Below are positions 23,700-37,610 of a stretch of DNA of 52,143 nucleotides, in pieces (position 1 is the stretch's first letter; every line of letters begins with the position of its first letter). The notes beneath the pieces are model-generated. The model was not told the origin of the DNA. It did no database searches and saw only the letters and a program-made list of their open reading frames with translations. Origin of the DNA: Malacoraja senta (taxonomy: Eukaryota); NCBI GenBank assembly GCA_038087875.1, contig JAXLNO010000680.1:434001-486143 (forward strand), given 5' to 3'. Both the position numbers and the translations under genes were made by a program.

Positions 23700-24316
23700 A
23701 TTAAATGGAATGGATTGAGTTGTTGGCCCTGCACTGTGCTTGACTTGTCTAAAGGGAATGGATTGAATTGTGGGCCCTGCACTGTGTATGACTTGGAATG
23801 GAATGGAATGGATTGAATTGTTGGCCCTGCACTGTGCTTGACTTGGAATGGAATGAAATGGATTGAATTGTTGGCCATGCACTGTGCTTGACTTTGAATG
23901 GAATGGAATGGATTGAATTGTTGGCCCTGCACTGTGCGTTAATTGGAATGGTATGGAATGGATGGAATTGTTGGCCCTGCACTGTGCCTGACTTGGAATG
24001 GAATGGAATGGATTGAATATTTGGCCGTGCACCTGGAGTGACTTGGAATGGAATGGAATGGATTGAATCGTTGGCCCTGCACTGTGATTGACTTGGAATG
24101 GAATGGAATGGATAGAATTGTTGGCCCTGAACCGTGCTTGACCTTGAATGGAATGGATTTAATTGTTGGCCCTGCACTCTGCTTGACTTGGAATGGAATG
24201 GATTGAATTGTTCGTCCTGCACTGTGCTTGACTTGGAATAGATTGAGTTGTTGGCCCTGCACTGTGCTTGACTTGGAATGGAATTGATTGAATTGTTGGC
24301 CCTGCACTGTGCTTGG
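23700..24316 (+). repeat. ~43-53-bp minisatellite with embedded (GGAAT)n
   Basis: Unit TTGGCCCTGCACTGTGCTTGACTT(GGAAT)nGGATTGAATTG, about 12 copies. Confidence 0.95.
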
Positions 24317-24322
24317 TCCAAT

Positions 24323-24459
24323 GGTCCCGCTCACTCCGGAAGCCCCACTCACTCCGGAAATCCCGCTCACTCCGGATTTCCCGCTCACTCCGGAAGTCCC
24401 GCTCACTCCGGAAGTCCCGCTCATTCTGGAAGTCCCGCTCACTCCGAAAGTCCCGCTCA
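24323..24459 (+). repeat. 18-bp minisatellite GTCCCGCTCACTCCGGAA, ~7.5 copies
   Basis: Directly visible. Confidence 0.95.
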
Positions 24460-24519
24460 GTAGAGAGGCCACGCTCAGCCGCGTGAGTAGATTCAAGAGA
24501 GGTTTACAGTCACATATAT

Positions 24520-24868
24520 GTTGTGTGTGTGTGTGTGAGTGAGTCACTGTATGTGTGAGATGGAGGGTGGCTGTGAGTGTGAAAGGCAGGGTGTGTGTGT
24601 GTGGCTGTGAGTATTTGATGGATTGTGTGTGTGTGATGGAGGGTGTGGCTGTGTGTGTGCGTGGCTGTGTGTGTGTGTGTGATGGAGGGTGTGTGTGTGA
24701 TGGAGGGTGTCTGTGTGTGTGGCTGTGCGTGTTTGTGTGATGGATTGTGTGTGTTTGTGAGAGATGGATTGTGTGTGTGTGTGAGATATGGAGGGTGTGC
24801 GTGTGTGATGGAGGGTGTGTGTGTGTGTGATGGAGGGTGTGTGTGTGTGATGGAGGGTGTGTGTGTGC
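24520..24868 (+). repeat. TG-rich repeat (GATGGAGG(GT)n)
   Basis: Directly visible. Confidence 0.9.
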
Positions 24869-25347
24869 GAGCCCACCAGCCATGAGTCAACTGCCAGCCC
24901 ACCATTTGGCATACCTAAACCACTCATTTCAGCCATCAAGACCCCTATTAGCCCAGAAACCAGCCCCTTCTGCCCAAAATGCCCGTGTTATCCCAGGTGG
25001 AGCATTTTTGCCCAAAAGGCCCGTGCCAGGCTAGGAATAGTCCAGAAAAATGCCTTTCACTGAGATTTCACGCCGATTTTTTAAAGTCCCTTCGGCCCAT
25101 CAGGGCTGTACTGGCCCAGGGGGAGTCCTTTCGGCCCGTCAGTAAGTATTCCCCCATGTAAGTATTAAACCTTACCCCAGTATTTTTCTCCTTCCCTTCA
25201 TTGGTCCATGTGAGATCCAAGCCAGGATAGAATTTCCTCATTCATTGCTGTAGAATAATGTGAAAAGTTTCTAAAATTTAGTCTCCACCCTCTCCCACTT
25301 CTCTCTCACAGTCTCTCGCCTGTTTTGGGCAGAATTTCTGGCAGTTT

Positions 25348-25697
25348 CTGAGCTGCCAGCCCACCAGCCCCGAGTGACTGAACTGCCAGCCCACCAGCCC
25401 CGAGTGACTGAGCTGCCAGCCCACCAGCCCCGAGTGACTGAGCTGCCAGCCCACCAGCCCCGAGTGACTGAGCTGCCAGCCCACCAGGCCTGAGTGACTG
25501 AGCTGCCAGGCTTGAGTGACTGACCTGCCAGACCTGAGTGACTGAGCTGCCAGCCCACCAGGCCTGAGTGACTGACCTGGCAGGCCTGAGTGACTGACCT
25601 GCCAGGCCTGAGTGACTGAGCTGCCAGACCTGAGTGACTGAGCAGCCAGGTCTGAGTGACTGAGCTGCCACGCCTGAGTAACTGAGCTGCCAGCCCA
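25348..25697 (+). repeat. 22-30-bp repeat GAGTGACTGAGCTGCCAG(CCCACCAG)
   Basis: Directly visible. A shorter run of the same motif occurs at 43450-43560. Confidence 0.93.
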
Positions 25698-26894
25698 AGA
25701 ATCCATTCGGCCCACTATATTCATACTAGCCCTCTAAAACCAGTCCTTTCGGCCCGCAACACCCATACTAGCGCTCCAGATAGAAATGGTGGAGAGGTTT
25801 AATATTGCGTTGGGGTCCAGCCTTCCCATGTGAACAAGGGAATCAACGGGTCCCACTGAGTCTAGTCAGAAGTATAAAAATGATCATGATCAAAATCTCT
25901 CAAAATTTTGACAGATGTGTGCAGCTGAGAGTCAGGAGGGGGACAGTCTTGTGATCACAAAGAACCATCATCTCGCCGGAGGCTCTCGGTGAGTCATTGA
26001 GAGACCTGCCGCCCTGGGGAACAGTTTGTGAAGTTAAATGCTGCTCACAAGAGAAGTTTTGGCAAGAGACTGAACTCGAAACTACTTTCAGTAGGGATTT
26101 GCTAGGTGAGGCACTTTCGCTTAGCTTTGGTGTGGGCGTGTGGACATATGTCCAAACTCCAAAATACTTGCCACGACACTCCTTTTTATGCACAGCAGAA
26201 AAACAAACTTTCCGATGTTCAAAATGCTAATTAGTGAACTCAACACTTTCAGTAGAACAACTGCTTAATCTTCTTTAAATATAGTTCACCACCCACTTAA
26301 CATGACTAAGAAAAGCTGTACAATGCATTTTGATCTGATCAAGCCTCATGAAACCATGAAAGCATAAAAGCAGTGGCAAAGCATCATTTACACATCATGT
26401 CATAGCAAGATGTCCGGTAAAGGCAGATATCAGTGGTATAAAAATGACAGGCTTATAAAGTTACGAGAGGCACAGGCAGAGTAGATGGTGACATGCTGTC
26501 TCCCAGGTTTGAAATGTCAGACTAGAGAGCATTGCTTTAAGATGAAATTATCAATTGTACTTGTAATTGGACAGTGGATGTTCAGCGTTTTGCTGAAATT
26601 CCTAAACGCTGTGACATGATGTTAGCCCAGAGCTTCGGAGTTTTCTTTCCTCTGCTCCAACGAACCCGTGCATATTAAAAATAGAATCTGAGTTAGAATC
26701 ATAGAGTGATACATTGTGTAAATGGGCTGCTTATTGCTATGAGTGTGTGGCAAATCAAATTCCTTGTTTGTTGCTAAAACATATTGGCCAATAAAGTATG
26801 ATTATGTTTATGATTATGATTGTTTCTCTGGATAGTTGGAGGAGTACAGAAAATTATAAGAACAAGCATAACATGCGCCTTCTTTATCATAAAG

Positions 26895-27082
26895 CAGGGA
26901 CGGTGTCCCGGGTTCGATCCCAACTATAGCTGCTGTCTGTAGGGAGTTTGTATGTTCTCCCCGTGACCTGCGTGGGTTTTTCTCCGAGATCTTAGAGTTC
27001 CTTCCACACTCCAGCGAGGATTGTTGGTCGGCAGGGACCCGAACGGCCTGTTTTCGCGCTGTATCTCTAAACTAAACTAAAG
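26895..27082 (+). mobile_element. tRNA-derived SINE, internally deleted (paralogous copies at ~28810-29025 and 29592-29670)
   Basis: B box GGTTCGATCC, core GGAGTTTGTATGTTCTCCCCGTG, tail CTAAACTAAA. Confidence 0.85.
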
Positions 27083-27184
27083 CATTTTACCTGCTTTTAT
27101 TGAGACTTTCAGGAAGCAATGGACTTGGACCCCCAAGATCCCATTAATACGCTTCTTGGTCTTTCCATTAACTGTCTACAATCC

Positions 27185-27372
27185 TGGCGCTCGTTACGCT
27201 GAACAACTTCGCTCAGTCCGCCTGGACCTACCTGATCTCCCTGTTGCTAAACACTTTAAATCTCCCTTAACATTGACTTTTCTGTCCTAGGTCTCCTCCA
27301 CTGTCAGAGTAGGACAACGCTAAGCGCAAACTGGTGGAACAGGATATCATATTTCGCTTGGACAGCTTACAT
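27185..27372 (+). mobile_element. Penelope GIY-YIG endonuclease fragment (copies at ~29125, 29775, 34395)
   Basis: RYAEQLRSVRLDLPDLPVAKHF..RKLVEQ..IFRL motif. Confidence 0.75.
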
Positions 27373-27790
27373 TCTGGTGTTTTGAAGGATGAGAGGATAT
27401 CTTATTGAACCATATAAGATGTTTAAGGTTTTTAAGAGGCAGGAAACATGTTCCCGATGTTGGGGGAGTCCAGAACCAGGCGCCACTGTTTAAGAATTAG
27501 GGGTACGCCATTTAGAACGGAGACGAGGAAACACGTTTTCTCAAAGAGAGTTGTGAGTCTGTGGAATTCTCTGCTTCATAGGGCTGTGGAGGCGGGTTCA
27601 CTGGATGCTTTCAAGAGAGAGCTAGATAGGGCTCTTAAAGATAGCGGAGTCGGGCGATATAGGGAGAAGGCAGGAACGGGGTACTGATTGGGGATGATCA
27701 GCCATGATCACATGGAATGTCGGTGCTAGCTCAGGGCCGAATGGCCTACTCCTGCACCTATTATCTACTGTCTATTGTCTATTGTCTAAG
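27372..27790 (+). mobile_element. CR1 3' fragment (paralogous copy at ~29961-30375)
   Basis: MFPMLGESRTR..FRTETRKHVFSKRVV and a (CTATTGT)n tail. Confidence 0.9.
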
Positions 27791-30591
27791 TCGCTTGGGC
27801 AGCCCCAGTGATATGAATATTCATTTCTCTAACTTCAAGTAACCCCGGCATTTACTCTCTACCCCTCCCCCACCCAAGTCGCACCAGCTCAGAGTCAGGA
27901 GGGGGACAGTCTTGTGATCACACAGAAGCATCATTTCGCCGTGGCACTCCTTGAGTCATTGAGAGCCCACAACACAGACAGTCCTTCAGGTACCTGCCGC
28001 CCCGGGGAACAGTTTGTGAAGTCAAATGCTGCTCACAAGAGAAGTTTTGGCAAGAGACTGAACTCGAAAATTCTTTCAGTAGGGATTTGCTAGGTGAGGA
28101 ACTTTCGCTTAGGTTTGGTGTGGGCGTGTGGACATATAAGTCCAAACTCCAAAATACTAGCCGCGGCACTCCTTTTTATGCACAGCAGAAACACAAACTT
28201 TCCGATGTTCAAAATGCTAATTAGTGAACTCAACACTTTCAGTAGAACAACTGCTTAAACTTATTTTAATATAGTTCACCGCGCACGTAACATGACTAAG
28301 AAAAACTATACAATGCATGTTGATCAGATCAAGCCTCATGAAATCATGAAAGCATAAAAACAGTGGCAAAGGATCATTTACACATCGTGTCATAGCAAGA
28401 TGTCCGGTAAAGGCAGATATCAGAGGTATAAAAATGACAGTTTTATAAAGTTACGAGAGGCACAGACAGGGTAGATGGTGACATGCTGTCTCCCATGTTT
28501 GAAATGTCAGTCTAGAGAGCATCGCTTTAAGATGCAATTAACAATTGTACTTGTAAATGGACAGTGGATGTTCAGCGTTTTGCTGAAATTCCTTAACGCT
28601 GTGACATGATGTTAGCCCAGAGCTCCGGAGTTTTCTTTCCTCTGCTCCAACGAACCCGTGGAGATTAAAAACTGAATCTGAGTTCGTTGTTTTTTGCAAA
28701 AACATCTTGGCCAATAAAGTAGGATTATGATTATGATTATGATTGTTTTCTCTGGATAGTCAGAGTACAGAAAATTCTAAGAACAAGCATAAACGCGCCT
28801 TCTTTATCAGTCCCGGTGCGCAGCTGCCGCAGCGTTTGCAGGGCCGGAGTCCTGGATTCGATCCCAACTATAGCTGCTGTCTGTACGGAGTTTGTACGTT
28901 CTCCCCGTGATCTGCGTGGGTTTTCTCCGAGATCTTAGAGTTCCTCCCACACTCCAGCGAGGATTGTTGGTCAGCAGGGACCCGAACGGCCGGTATCCGC
29001 GCTGTATCTCTAAACTAAAACTAAAGCATTTGATCTGCTTGTATTGATACTTGCAGGAGGCAAAGGGCTTCGACCCCAAGATCCCATTAATATGCTTCTG
29101 GGTCTTTCCATTAGCTGTTAATCTGAACAGCTTCGCTCAGTCCGCCTGGATCTACCTGATCTCCCGGTTGCTGAACCCTTTAATTCTCCCTCCACATTGA
29201 CTTTTCTGTCCTAGGTATCCTCCTTTGTCAGAGGAGGACAATGCTAAACGCAAACTGGTGGAACAACATCTGATATTCGCTTGGACAGCTTACATTTCGC
29301 TTGGGCAGCTTACTGCCCAGTGGTATGAATATTGATTTCACTAACTTCGTAACCCCGGCATTTCCTGTCTCTCTATTCCTCCCCCACCCAAGTCACACCA
29401 GCTTCTCGTTTTCACCCAACAAACAGCTAACAATGGCCTGTTTCTTTTATCATAATTAATTTTTTGTATATCTTTCATTCATTGTTCTTTCTCTCTACAT
29501 CAGTGCTTCTTAAGCTATTTCAGTGTCATTCACCCTTGAGTCTTTATCACAAAATTTAATTCACCCGTGACTAAATTTTCTTATGTTTTGTCCCACACTC
29601 CAGCGAGGATTGTTGGTCGGCAGGGATCCGAACGGCCTGTTTCCGCGCTGTATCTCTCAACTAAACTAAGGCATTGTATCTGCTTGTATTGATACTTGCA
29701 GGAAGCTATGGACTTTGACCCCAAGATCCCATTACTACGTTTCTGGGTCTTTCCATTAACTGTCTACTATCCTGGCGCTCGTTACGCTGAACAACTTCGC
29801 TCAGTCCGCCTGGACCTTCCTGATATCCCGGTTGCGAAACACTTTAAATCTCCCTCAACATTGACTTTTCTGTCCTAGGTCTCCTCCACTGTCAGAGGAG
29901 GACAATGCTAAGCGCAAACTGGTGGAACGGCTTCTCATACTTCGCTTGGACTGCTTACATTCTGGAGTTTCGAAGGATGAGAAGGGATCTTATTGAACCA
30001 TATAAGATTATTAAGGGGTTGGACACGTTAGAGGCAGGAAAGATGTTCCCGATGTTGGGGGAGTCCAGAACCAGGGGCCACAGTTTAAGAATAAGGGGTA
30101 AGCCATTTAGAACAGAGATGAGGAAACACTTTTTCTCATAGAGAGTGGTGAGTGTGGAATTCTCTGCCCCATAGGGCGGTGTAAGCCAGTTCTCTGGATG
30201 CTTTCTAGAGAGAGCTAGATAGGGCTCATAAAGATAGCGGAGTCGGGGGATATAGGGAGCAGGCAGGAACGGGGTACTGATTGGGGATGATCAACCATGA
30301 TCACATTGAATGGCGATGCTGGCTCGAAGGGCCGAATGGCCTACTCCTGCACCTATTGTCTATTGTCTATTGTCGATTGCCTATTTCGCTTGGGCAGCTT
30401 ACAGCCCAGTGATATGGATATTGAATTATCTAACATCAAGTAACCCCGGCATTCCCTCTCTCTCTACCCCTCCCCCATCCAAGTCGCACCAGCTTCTCGT
30501 TTTCACCCAACAAACAGCTAACAGTGGCCTGTTTCCTTTATCATAATTACTTTTTTGTATATCTTTCATTCATTGTTCTTTCTCTCTGCAG

Positions 30592-31289
30592 CAGTGCTTC
30601 TTAAACCATTTCAGTCTCATTCACCCTTGAGTCATTATCTCAAAATTTAATTCACCCATGACTAAAGGTTCTTATGTTTTTTTGGTAATTTTCATCTTAT
30701 TCTCCTTTGTGTATAATTTTATATATAATTTATTTTGTCATATTAGCAAAAAACATAAATCAACCCATTTCTTACGTGTTTATTTTATTCAATGTTTTGA
30801 ACATCCTAATTATATGTAAAGAAAACTAGGAGTGAAAGAAAATAAGTATAATTACCACTGGATTTGTAAAGTCATTCGGTTAGAATGATAAAATCCCATT
30901 CCAATGTTTAAAACACTGGACTTCAGCCCCATCCTACCCTTTCGAGCTTTAATTACTGCAATTTTTGTCTTGCAAAACTTGCTCAAAAATCCATGGCCTT
31001 CCCTAAATGTTATATTACAGTAAATTTGGGAAATATCCTGCTACTTTGAAATTAATAAACAATGGGTGGGGCGAAAAAAACATATCACATTTCCAGCTCC
31101 ACTGCCATTAAAACCAATAAGAGCTAAATAACCACTTTAATGCCAACGCCTTTTTTATGTATAGAAAAATGTATATAAATATCTGAATAAATTAAGTCAT
31201 TCACCCTTCATTCACGCCTCTAGTCTAATTCACCCCAAAATAATTTCATTCACTCTTGGGTAAACCATTCAGCAGTTTAAAAAGCACTG
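30592..31289. mobile_element. hAT-family (Charlie-like) MITE, ~700 bp
   Basis: 15-bp TIRs CAGTGCTTCTTAAAC / GTTTAAAAAGCACTG. The 8-bp TSD CTCTACAT lies at 31290-31297 on the right and is exact on the left flank of the paralogous copies at 29493-29500 and 34696-34703. Confidence 0.88.
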
Positions 31290-31819
31290 CTCTACATCAT
31301 CGCCTATATATCCCGTTTCCGTTTTCTTTTTCTAGTCTGAAGAAGGGTGTTGACCTGAAATGTCACCCATTCCTTCTGTCCAGTGATGCTGCCTGTCCCG
31401 CTGGGATACTCCGCATTTTGTGTCTATCTTCGGTTTAAATCAGCATCTGCTGTTCCTTCCTACAATCGCTATCCTCATACATTCGACATGTAAATCGACA
31501 TGGCATTCACAAAGTGTAGTGGTGGCTCTGGGTTCATCCCAACACTTCAACGCTCTCGTAGGCCTGAGTGTGGTGAACAAAGTTCAGAGGGCAATGATAG
31601 GGTATATAGTACAAAGCTCTCTGTGCCTTCCCATTTCCTCTATCAATTGTCCTTGACTTTGACGTGATTGTATTTTAGCTTAGCAATAATTGATCTGTTT
31701 TGATAACATGCAAAACAATGACTTCACTGTAGTTCATGCCAATATTAAACCTCAACCTAAACTATTCGACATGACAGAGGTATGGACTCCATTGCGCTGG
31801 CAAATACAAGGAAGCAAAG

Positions 31820-32100
31820 GGTAACATGGTGGGGCAATGGTAGAGTTGCAGCGCCGGAGACCCGGGTTCTTGTCGGTATAGAGTTTGTACGTTCTCCCCA
31901 TGACCGCGTGGATTTTCTTCGAGATCTTCGGTTTCCTCCCAGACTCCAAAGACGTGCAGGTTTTACGTTAATTGGCTTGTTATAAATGTAAATTGTCCCT
32001 AGGGCGTGTAGGATAGTGTTAGTGTGCGGGGATCACTGGTCGCCACAGACTCAGTGAGCAGAAGGTCTTGTTTTCACGCATTATCTCTACATTAAACGGA
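31820..32100 (+). mobile_element. tRNA-derived SINE (paralogous copies at ~33430-33715 and 38177-38465)
   Basis: Degenerate A/B boxes, core GAGTTTGTACGTTCTCCCC and tail similar to 15904-16200. Confidence 0.85.
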
Positions 32101-32531
32101 ACTAGACTGGAATGGAATCATTGGCGCGTTAAATTGTTGCAGCTCTGAGAAAAAAAAATCATGATCACAATCTCTCAAAATGTTGACAGATGATAGAGGG
32201 ACAGTCTTGTGATCACACAGAACCATCATCTCGCCGGAGACACTCGCTGAGTCATTGAGAGCCCCCAACAAAGTAAGGCCTTCAAGTCAAATGCTGCTCA
32301 CGGGAGAAGTTGTGGCAAGAGACTGAACTCGAAACTGCTTTCAGTGGGGATTTGCTAGGTGTGACACTTTCGCTTATCTTTCGTGTGGGCGTGTGGCTTT
32401 CCAAACTCCAAAATACTTGCCACGACATTGCTTTTTAAGCACAGCAGAAATACAAACTTTCCGATGTCCAAAATGCTTATTGCTGAATTTAACACTTTCA
32501 GTACAACGACTGCTTAAACTTCTGTTAATAA

Positions 32532-32662
32532 CTCTTTCTATCTTTCTTCTTTTTAAAGTTTAAAATAAGAAGCGGTACAAGAAATGTATCATTTTATTTT
32601 TGCTTGATATCACTGCAATGTACAATACTTCTAATAAAAAATAAACAAATAAATAAATAAAG
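32532..32662 (+). mobile_element. Short L1 3'-end insertion with TSD (also at ~38892-39026)
   Basis: Resembles the 3' UTR of the full-length L1 (AAAGTTTAAAA..GAAGCGGTACAA..TACTTCTAA + A-rich tail). TSD TTCTGTTAATAA at 32520-32531 and 32663-32674. Confidence 0.8.
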
Positions 32663-35377
32663 TTCTGTTAATAAAGTTCACCACCCACTTAACATGAGTA
32701 AGAAAAACAATACAATGCATGTTGATCTGATCAAGCCTCATTAAACCATGAAAGCATAAAAACGGTGGCAAAGTAGAAAAATATATATAAATATCTGAAT
32801 AAATTGTGATTCACCCTTCATTCGCCACTCTAGTTTCATTCACCCCAAAATAATTTCATTCACCCTTGGGTGAACTATTCACCAGTTTAAGAAGCACTGC
32901 TCTACATCATCGCATATATATCTTGTATCCCTTTTCCTTGACCAGTCTGAAGAACGGTGTTGACCAGTCTGAAGAACGGTCACCCATTCCTTCTCTCCAG
33001 TGATGCTGCCTGTCCCGCTGGGTTTCTCCGCTTTTTGTGTCTTTCTTCGGTTTAAATCAGCATATGCAGTTCCTTCCTACACATGCTATCCCCATACATT
33101 CGACATGTAAATCGGCATGGCGTTCACAAAGTGCAGTGGTGGCTCTGGGTTCATCCAAAAACTTCAACAGTCTTGTAGGCCTGAGTGAGGTGAACATAGT
33201 TCAGAGAGCATAGATAGGGTATATAGTAGGATGCACTCTGTGTCTTCCCATTTCCTCTCTCCATTGTCCTTGACTTTGACGTAATTTAGCTTAGCATTAA
33301 CTGATCTGTTTTGATAGCATGCAAAAAAATGACTTCACTGTAGCTCATGCCAATATGAAACTTCAACCTAAACTCTTCGACATGGCAGAGGTATGGACCC
33401 CAATGCGCTGGCCAATAAAGGCAAGCAAAGGGTAACATGGTGGCGCAGCCGTAGAGTTGATGCGCCGGAGACCCGGGTTCTTGTCAGTATGGAGTTTGTA
33501 CGTTCGCCCCGTAACCGCGTGGATTTCCTCTGAGATCTTCGGTTTCCTCCCAGACTACTAAGACGTGCAGGTTTTACGTTAATTGGCTTGGTATAAATGT
33601 AAATTGTCCACAGTGTGTGGAGGATAGTGTTAGTGTGTGAGGATCATTGGTCGTCACAGACTCTGTGAGCAGAAAGTCTTGTTTTCACGCTGTATCTCTA
33701 AATTAAACTGAACTAGACTGGAATGGAGTCATTGGCACATGCTCAGTGAAAACAAATAATGATCACAATATCCCAAAATATTGACAGATGTGTGCAGCTC
33801 AGAGTCAGGAGTGGGACAGCCTTGTGATCACACAGAACCATCATCTCGCCGGAGACACTCGGCGAAGCCCCCAACACAGACAGTCCTTCTGGTACCTGCC
33901 GCCCCGGGGAACAGTTTGTGGAGTCAACGTTTTGGCAAGAGACTGACCTCGAAACTACTTTCAGTAGGGATTTGCTAGATGAGACACTTTCGCTTAGCTT
34001 TGGTGTGGGCATGTGTACATATAAGTCCAAACTCCAAAATACTTGCCGCGACACACCTTTTTATGCACAGCAGAAAAACAAACTTTCCGATGTTCAAAAT
34101 ACTAATTAGTGAACTCAACACTTCTAGTAGAACAACTGCTTAAACTTCTTTTAATATAGTTCACCACCCACTTAATAGGACTAAGAAAAGCTATACAATG
34201 CATGTTGATCTGATCAAGCCTCATGAACCATGAAAGCATAAAAGCAGTGGCAAAGCATCATTTACACATCATGTCATAGCAAGATGTCCGGTAAACGCAG
34301 ATATCAGAGGTATAAAAATGACAGGTTTATAAAGTTACGAGAGGCACAGAGAGGGTAGATGGTGACATGCTGTCTCCCAGGTTTGAAATGTCACATTGAC
34401 TTTTCTGTCCTAGGTCTCCTCCATTGTCAGAGCAGGACAACGCTAAACGCAAACTGGTGGAACAGCATCTCATATTTCGCTTGGGCAGCTTACATTTCGC
34501 TTGGGCAGTTTACTGCGCACTGGTAGGGCTCTTGATTTCACAAGCTTCAAGTAACCCCGGCATTTCCTCTCTCTCTATCCCTCCCCCACCCAAGTCGCAC
34601 CAGCTTCTCGTTTTCACCCAACAAACAGCTACCAATGGCCTGTTTCCTTTATGCTAATAACATTTTTTACATATCTTTCATTCATTGTTCTTTCTCTCTA
34701 CATCAGTGCTTCTTTAACTATTTCAGTGTCATTCACCCTTGTGTTTTATCACAATATTTAATTCACCCGTGACTAATTTTTCTCATGTTTTTTGGTAATT
34801 TTCGTCTATTTCTCCCTTGTGTATAATATTATATATAATTTATTTTGTCACATTAGCAAAAAACATAAATTAACTAATTTCTTAAGTGTTTATTTTATTC
34901 AACGTTTTGAGCATCCTAACAATACGTAAATAATACGAGTAGAACAAAAAGTTGAATTACAATTGGAGTTAGAAAATCATTCGATTAGAATGATAAAAAC
35001 CCAATGTCTAAACACTGTGCTTCAGCCCCATCCTATCATTTCAGGCTTTGATTACTCAGCTTTTTTCTTGGAAAACTAGCTCCAAAAACCATGGTCTTCC
35101 CTAAAAGGTTATATTACAGTAAATGTGGGAAATATCCTGCTATTTTGAAATTAGAAAACCATAGGTAGAGAGAACAAAATATGTTAAATTTCCAGCTCCA
35201 CTGCCATTAAAACCAATCAGAGCTAAATAACCTCTTTAATGCCAATGCATTTTTTATGTATAGAAAAATATATATAAATATCTGAATAAATTAAGTCATT
35301 CTCCCCTCATTCACCCCTCTAGTTTCATTCACCCAAAATAATTTCATTCACCCTTGGGTGAACCACAAGACACAGGA

Positions 35378-36761
35378 TACCGTCCGGTGGCCCTCACCTA
35401 TGCTTTGAGAGGCTGGTGCAGAAACGCATCTGCGCCTTCCTCCCTCGCAACATGGACCCGCTACAATTCGCATACCGTCCGAACAGATCCACGGACGATG
35501 CGGTCTCCCAGGTTTTGCACACCGCTCTCTCTCATCTTGACAGCCGGAAGGGGGGGCTACGTGAGGATGCTGTTCATAGACTTCAGTTCAGCCTTCAACA
35601 CGATAGTCCCCACCAGACTGGCCGAGAAGCTACTGGAATTAGGGCTCAACACCCCCCTGTGTGTCTGGGCCCTGGACTTTCTCACCGCCAGGCCCCAGGT
35701 AGTCAAGATGGGAGGGAATACATCGAAGTCCCTCACCCTGAGCACAGGATCCCCCCAGGGTTGCGTCCTCAGCCCCCTATTGTACTCCCTGTACACACAT
35801 GACTGTGTGGCTAGGTTCAGCTCCAACTCGATATTCAAGTTTGCTGATGACACTGTGGTGGTGGGCCTGATCTCAGACAACGATGAGAAGGCCTACCGGG
35901 AGGAGGTGGCTAATCTGGCACTCTGGTGTCAGGACAACAGCCTCCTCTTGAACATCAAAAAAACGAAGGAGCTGTTCGTGGACTTTAGGAGGGCACATCA
36001 TCCGAGGACGTTCACACCATTGAAGATAAATGGGGATACTGTGGATAGGGTGAGCTGTTTTAAATACCTGGGAGTGCACATCTCTGAGGATATGACATCG
36101 ACATCACACGCTGCAGCACTCGTGAGTAAGGCAAGGCAGCGCCTTTATCACCTCAGGCAATTGAGGAAATTCAGAGTGTCTCCGAGGATCCTCCAGTGCT
36201 TCTACTCAGCGGCTGTGGAAAGCATCTTGTCCGGAAATATCACGATTTGGTTTGGGAAATGCTCCGCACCAGGACAAGAAGGCTCTGCAGAGAGTAGTGT
36301 GTTCGGCCGAACGCACAATGGAACTTCACTCGCCCCTCTGCAGGAACTATAGATCAGGAGGTGCAACTCCAGAGCCAATAAGATCATGGGAGACCCCTTC
36401 CACCCCTGCAACGGACTGTTCCAGCTGCTACGGTCAGGCAAACGCCTCCGTTGCCATGCTGTGAGAACGGAGAGGTTGAGAAGGAGTTTCTTCTCAGAGG
36501 CCATTAGGACTGTAAACTCCTATCTCACCAGGGACTAACATTACTGTACCATTGTACCTTTTTTTTAAAAATTGCTTTTTTCCCCCTTTTTCCTTCCGCC
36601 CACAATATTTAATATGTTAAAGAATATGCGAATCTGTCCATTCTGTTTGCAGTTTGTTTGTTTGTTTTTTTGCACAAAGTCTGCGAGCATTGCCACTTTT
36701 CATTTCACTGCACATCTGTATGTGTATGTGACGAATAAACTTGACTTGACTTGATTGACTT
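35378..36761 (+). mobile_element. 5'-truncated Rex1/Babar LINE
   Basis: [47 protein letters not shown] and FKYLG motifs with frameshifts. Tail AATAAA(CTTGA)n. Confidence 0.94.
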
Positions 36762-37610
36762 GATACAAGATACATTTATTTGTCACATGTGCCAGTTGGC
36801 ACAGTGAAATGTGATCACCATACAGCCATACAATAAAATAAAGAACACAACACACGATAGAGTCCACCATTAAACATCCCCACACAGCAGAATCAAAAGT
36901 TTCCCACTGTGAGGGAATGCACCAAAGTCAGTCATCTTCCTCTGATGTTCTTGATGTTCACCCGTGGTCGGGGCCTCCGTAGTCGCCGCTACGGGCGGCC
37001 CGATGTTCAGGCCCAGTCGCCGGGATGTTGGAACTCCGACGTCGGAACAGGAGGACAACCTCAGCGGCTTGGACCTGCGAATCGGCCGCTTCCTACCGGA
37101 GTCCGCGGCTCCCGAAGTACAGAGGCTGCGCTGGGCGGAGATTCAGGCTGGTGGCCTTCGGCAAAGGGTCGCAGGACTCCGCGATGTTGGTCAGCGCCGG
37201 CCGCGCTGGGAGCTCCGCAAACCACAGCTCCACGATGTTAATGCTGCACGCACAACGCTCCGGTGCTCCAAACGACGATCCAGGTAGGCATCGCCTCTCC
37301 TCGGTAAATCCAACGCTGCGCCGCCGTTGCTGAAGCTCTGGTCCGGTCCCCGGTCCCCGGCAGGAAAGGCCGCTCCAATCCAGGTGGTAGGCCGCGAGGA
37401 GGGAGGCGAGGACGCGACTCGGAGAATAGTCGCATCCTCGCCAGGAAGGCACTGGGAAGCGGTTTCCCCCTTACCCTACCCCCTCCCCAAGATAGAAAAA
37501 CTAAACCGTCCACAAAACAAACTGTTTAGACAAACTAAAATTTAAAACAAGATAGAAAAAACGGACAGAATGTTGACAGAGGCGGCCTTCAATGCGGCAC
37601 CCCGAGTGGT
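36762..37610 (-). mobile_element. Non-autonomous retroposon with Rex1-like tail (same family as 1285-1972)
   Basis: Minus strand ends TATGGCTGTATGG..TTTCACTGTGCC..GGCACATGTGACAAATAAA. 5' part homologous to 1285-1520. CpG-rich and non-coding. Confidence 0.72.

Larger units (their letters stand above)
23554..25865 (+). mobile_element. Non-autonomous Helitron-like element 1 (5' end uncertain)
   Basis: 3' end is an imperfect hairpin GGGAATCAACGGGTCCC (25838-25854) followed by CTAG|T (25862-25865). The terminal region is homologous to 43450-43756. Confidence 0.7.

Noticed and set aside
23700..24316. (GGAAT)n resembling human satellite III, or a CRISPR-like repeat-spacer array
   Set aside because: The pentamers are short runs inside a ~50-bp unit homologous to the other Helitron array. 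There are no unique spacers or cas genes, and the context is vertebrate.
25900..26230. Recurrent short ORFs in module A (KCCSQEKFWQETELET..)
   Set aside because: Frames are broken differently by indels in each copy and no domain is recognisable, so it is treated as non-coding.
36909..37545. Multiple overlapping GC-rich ORFs
   Set aside because: GC-rich body of a non-autonomous retroposon, not conserved as an ORF in the related copy at 1285-1972.
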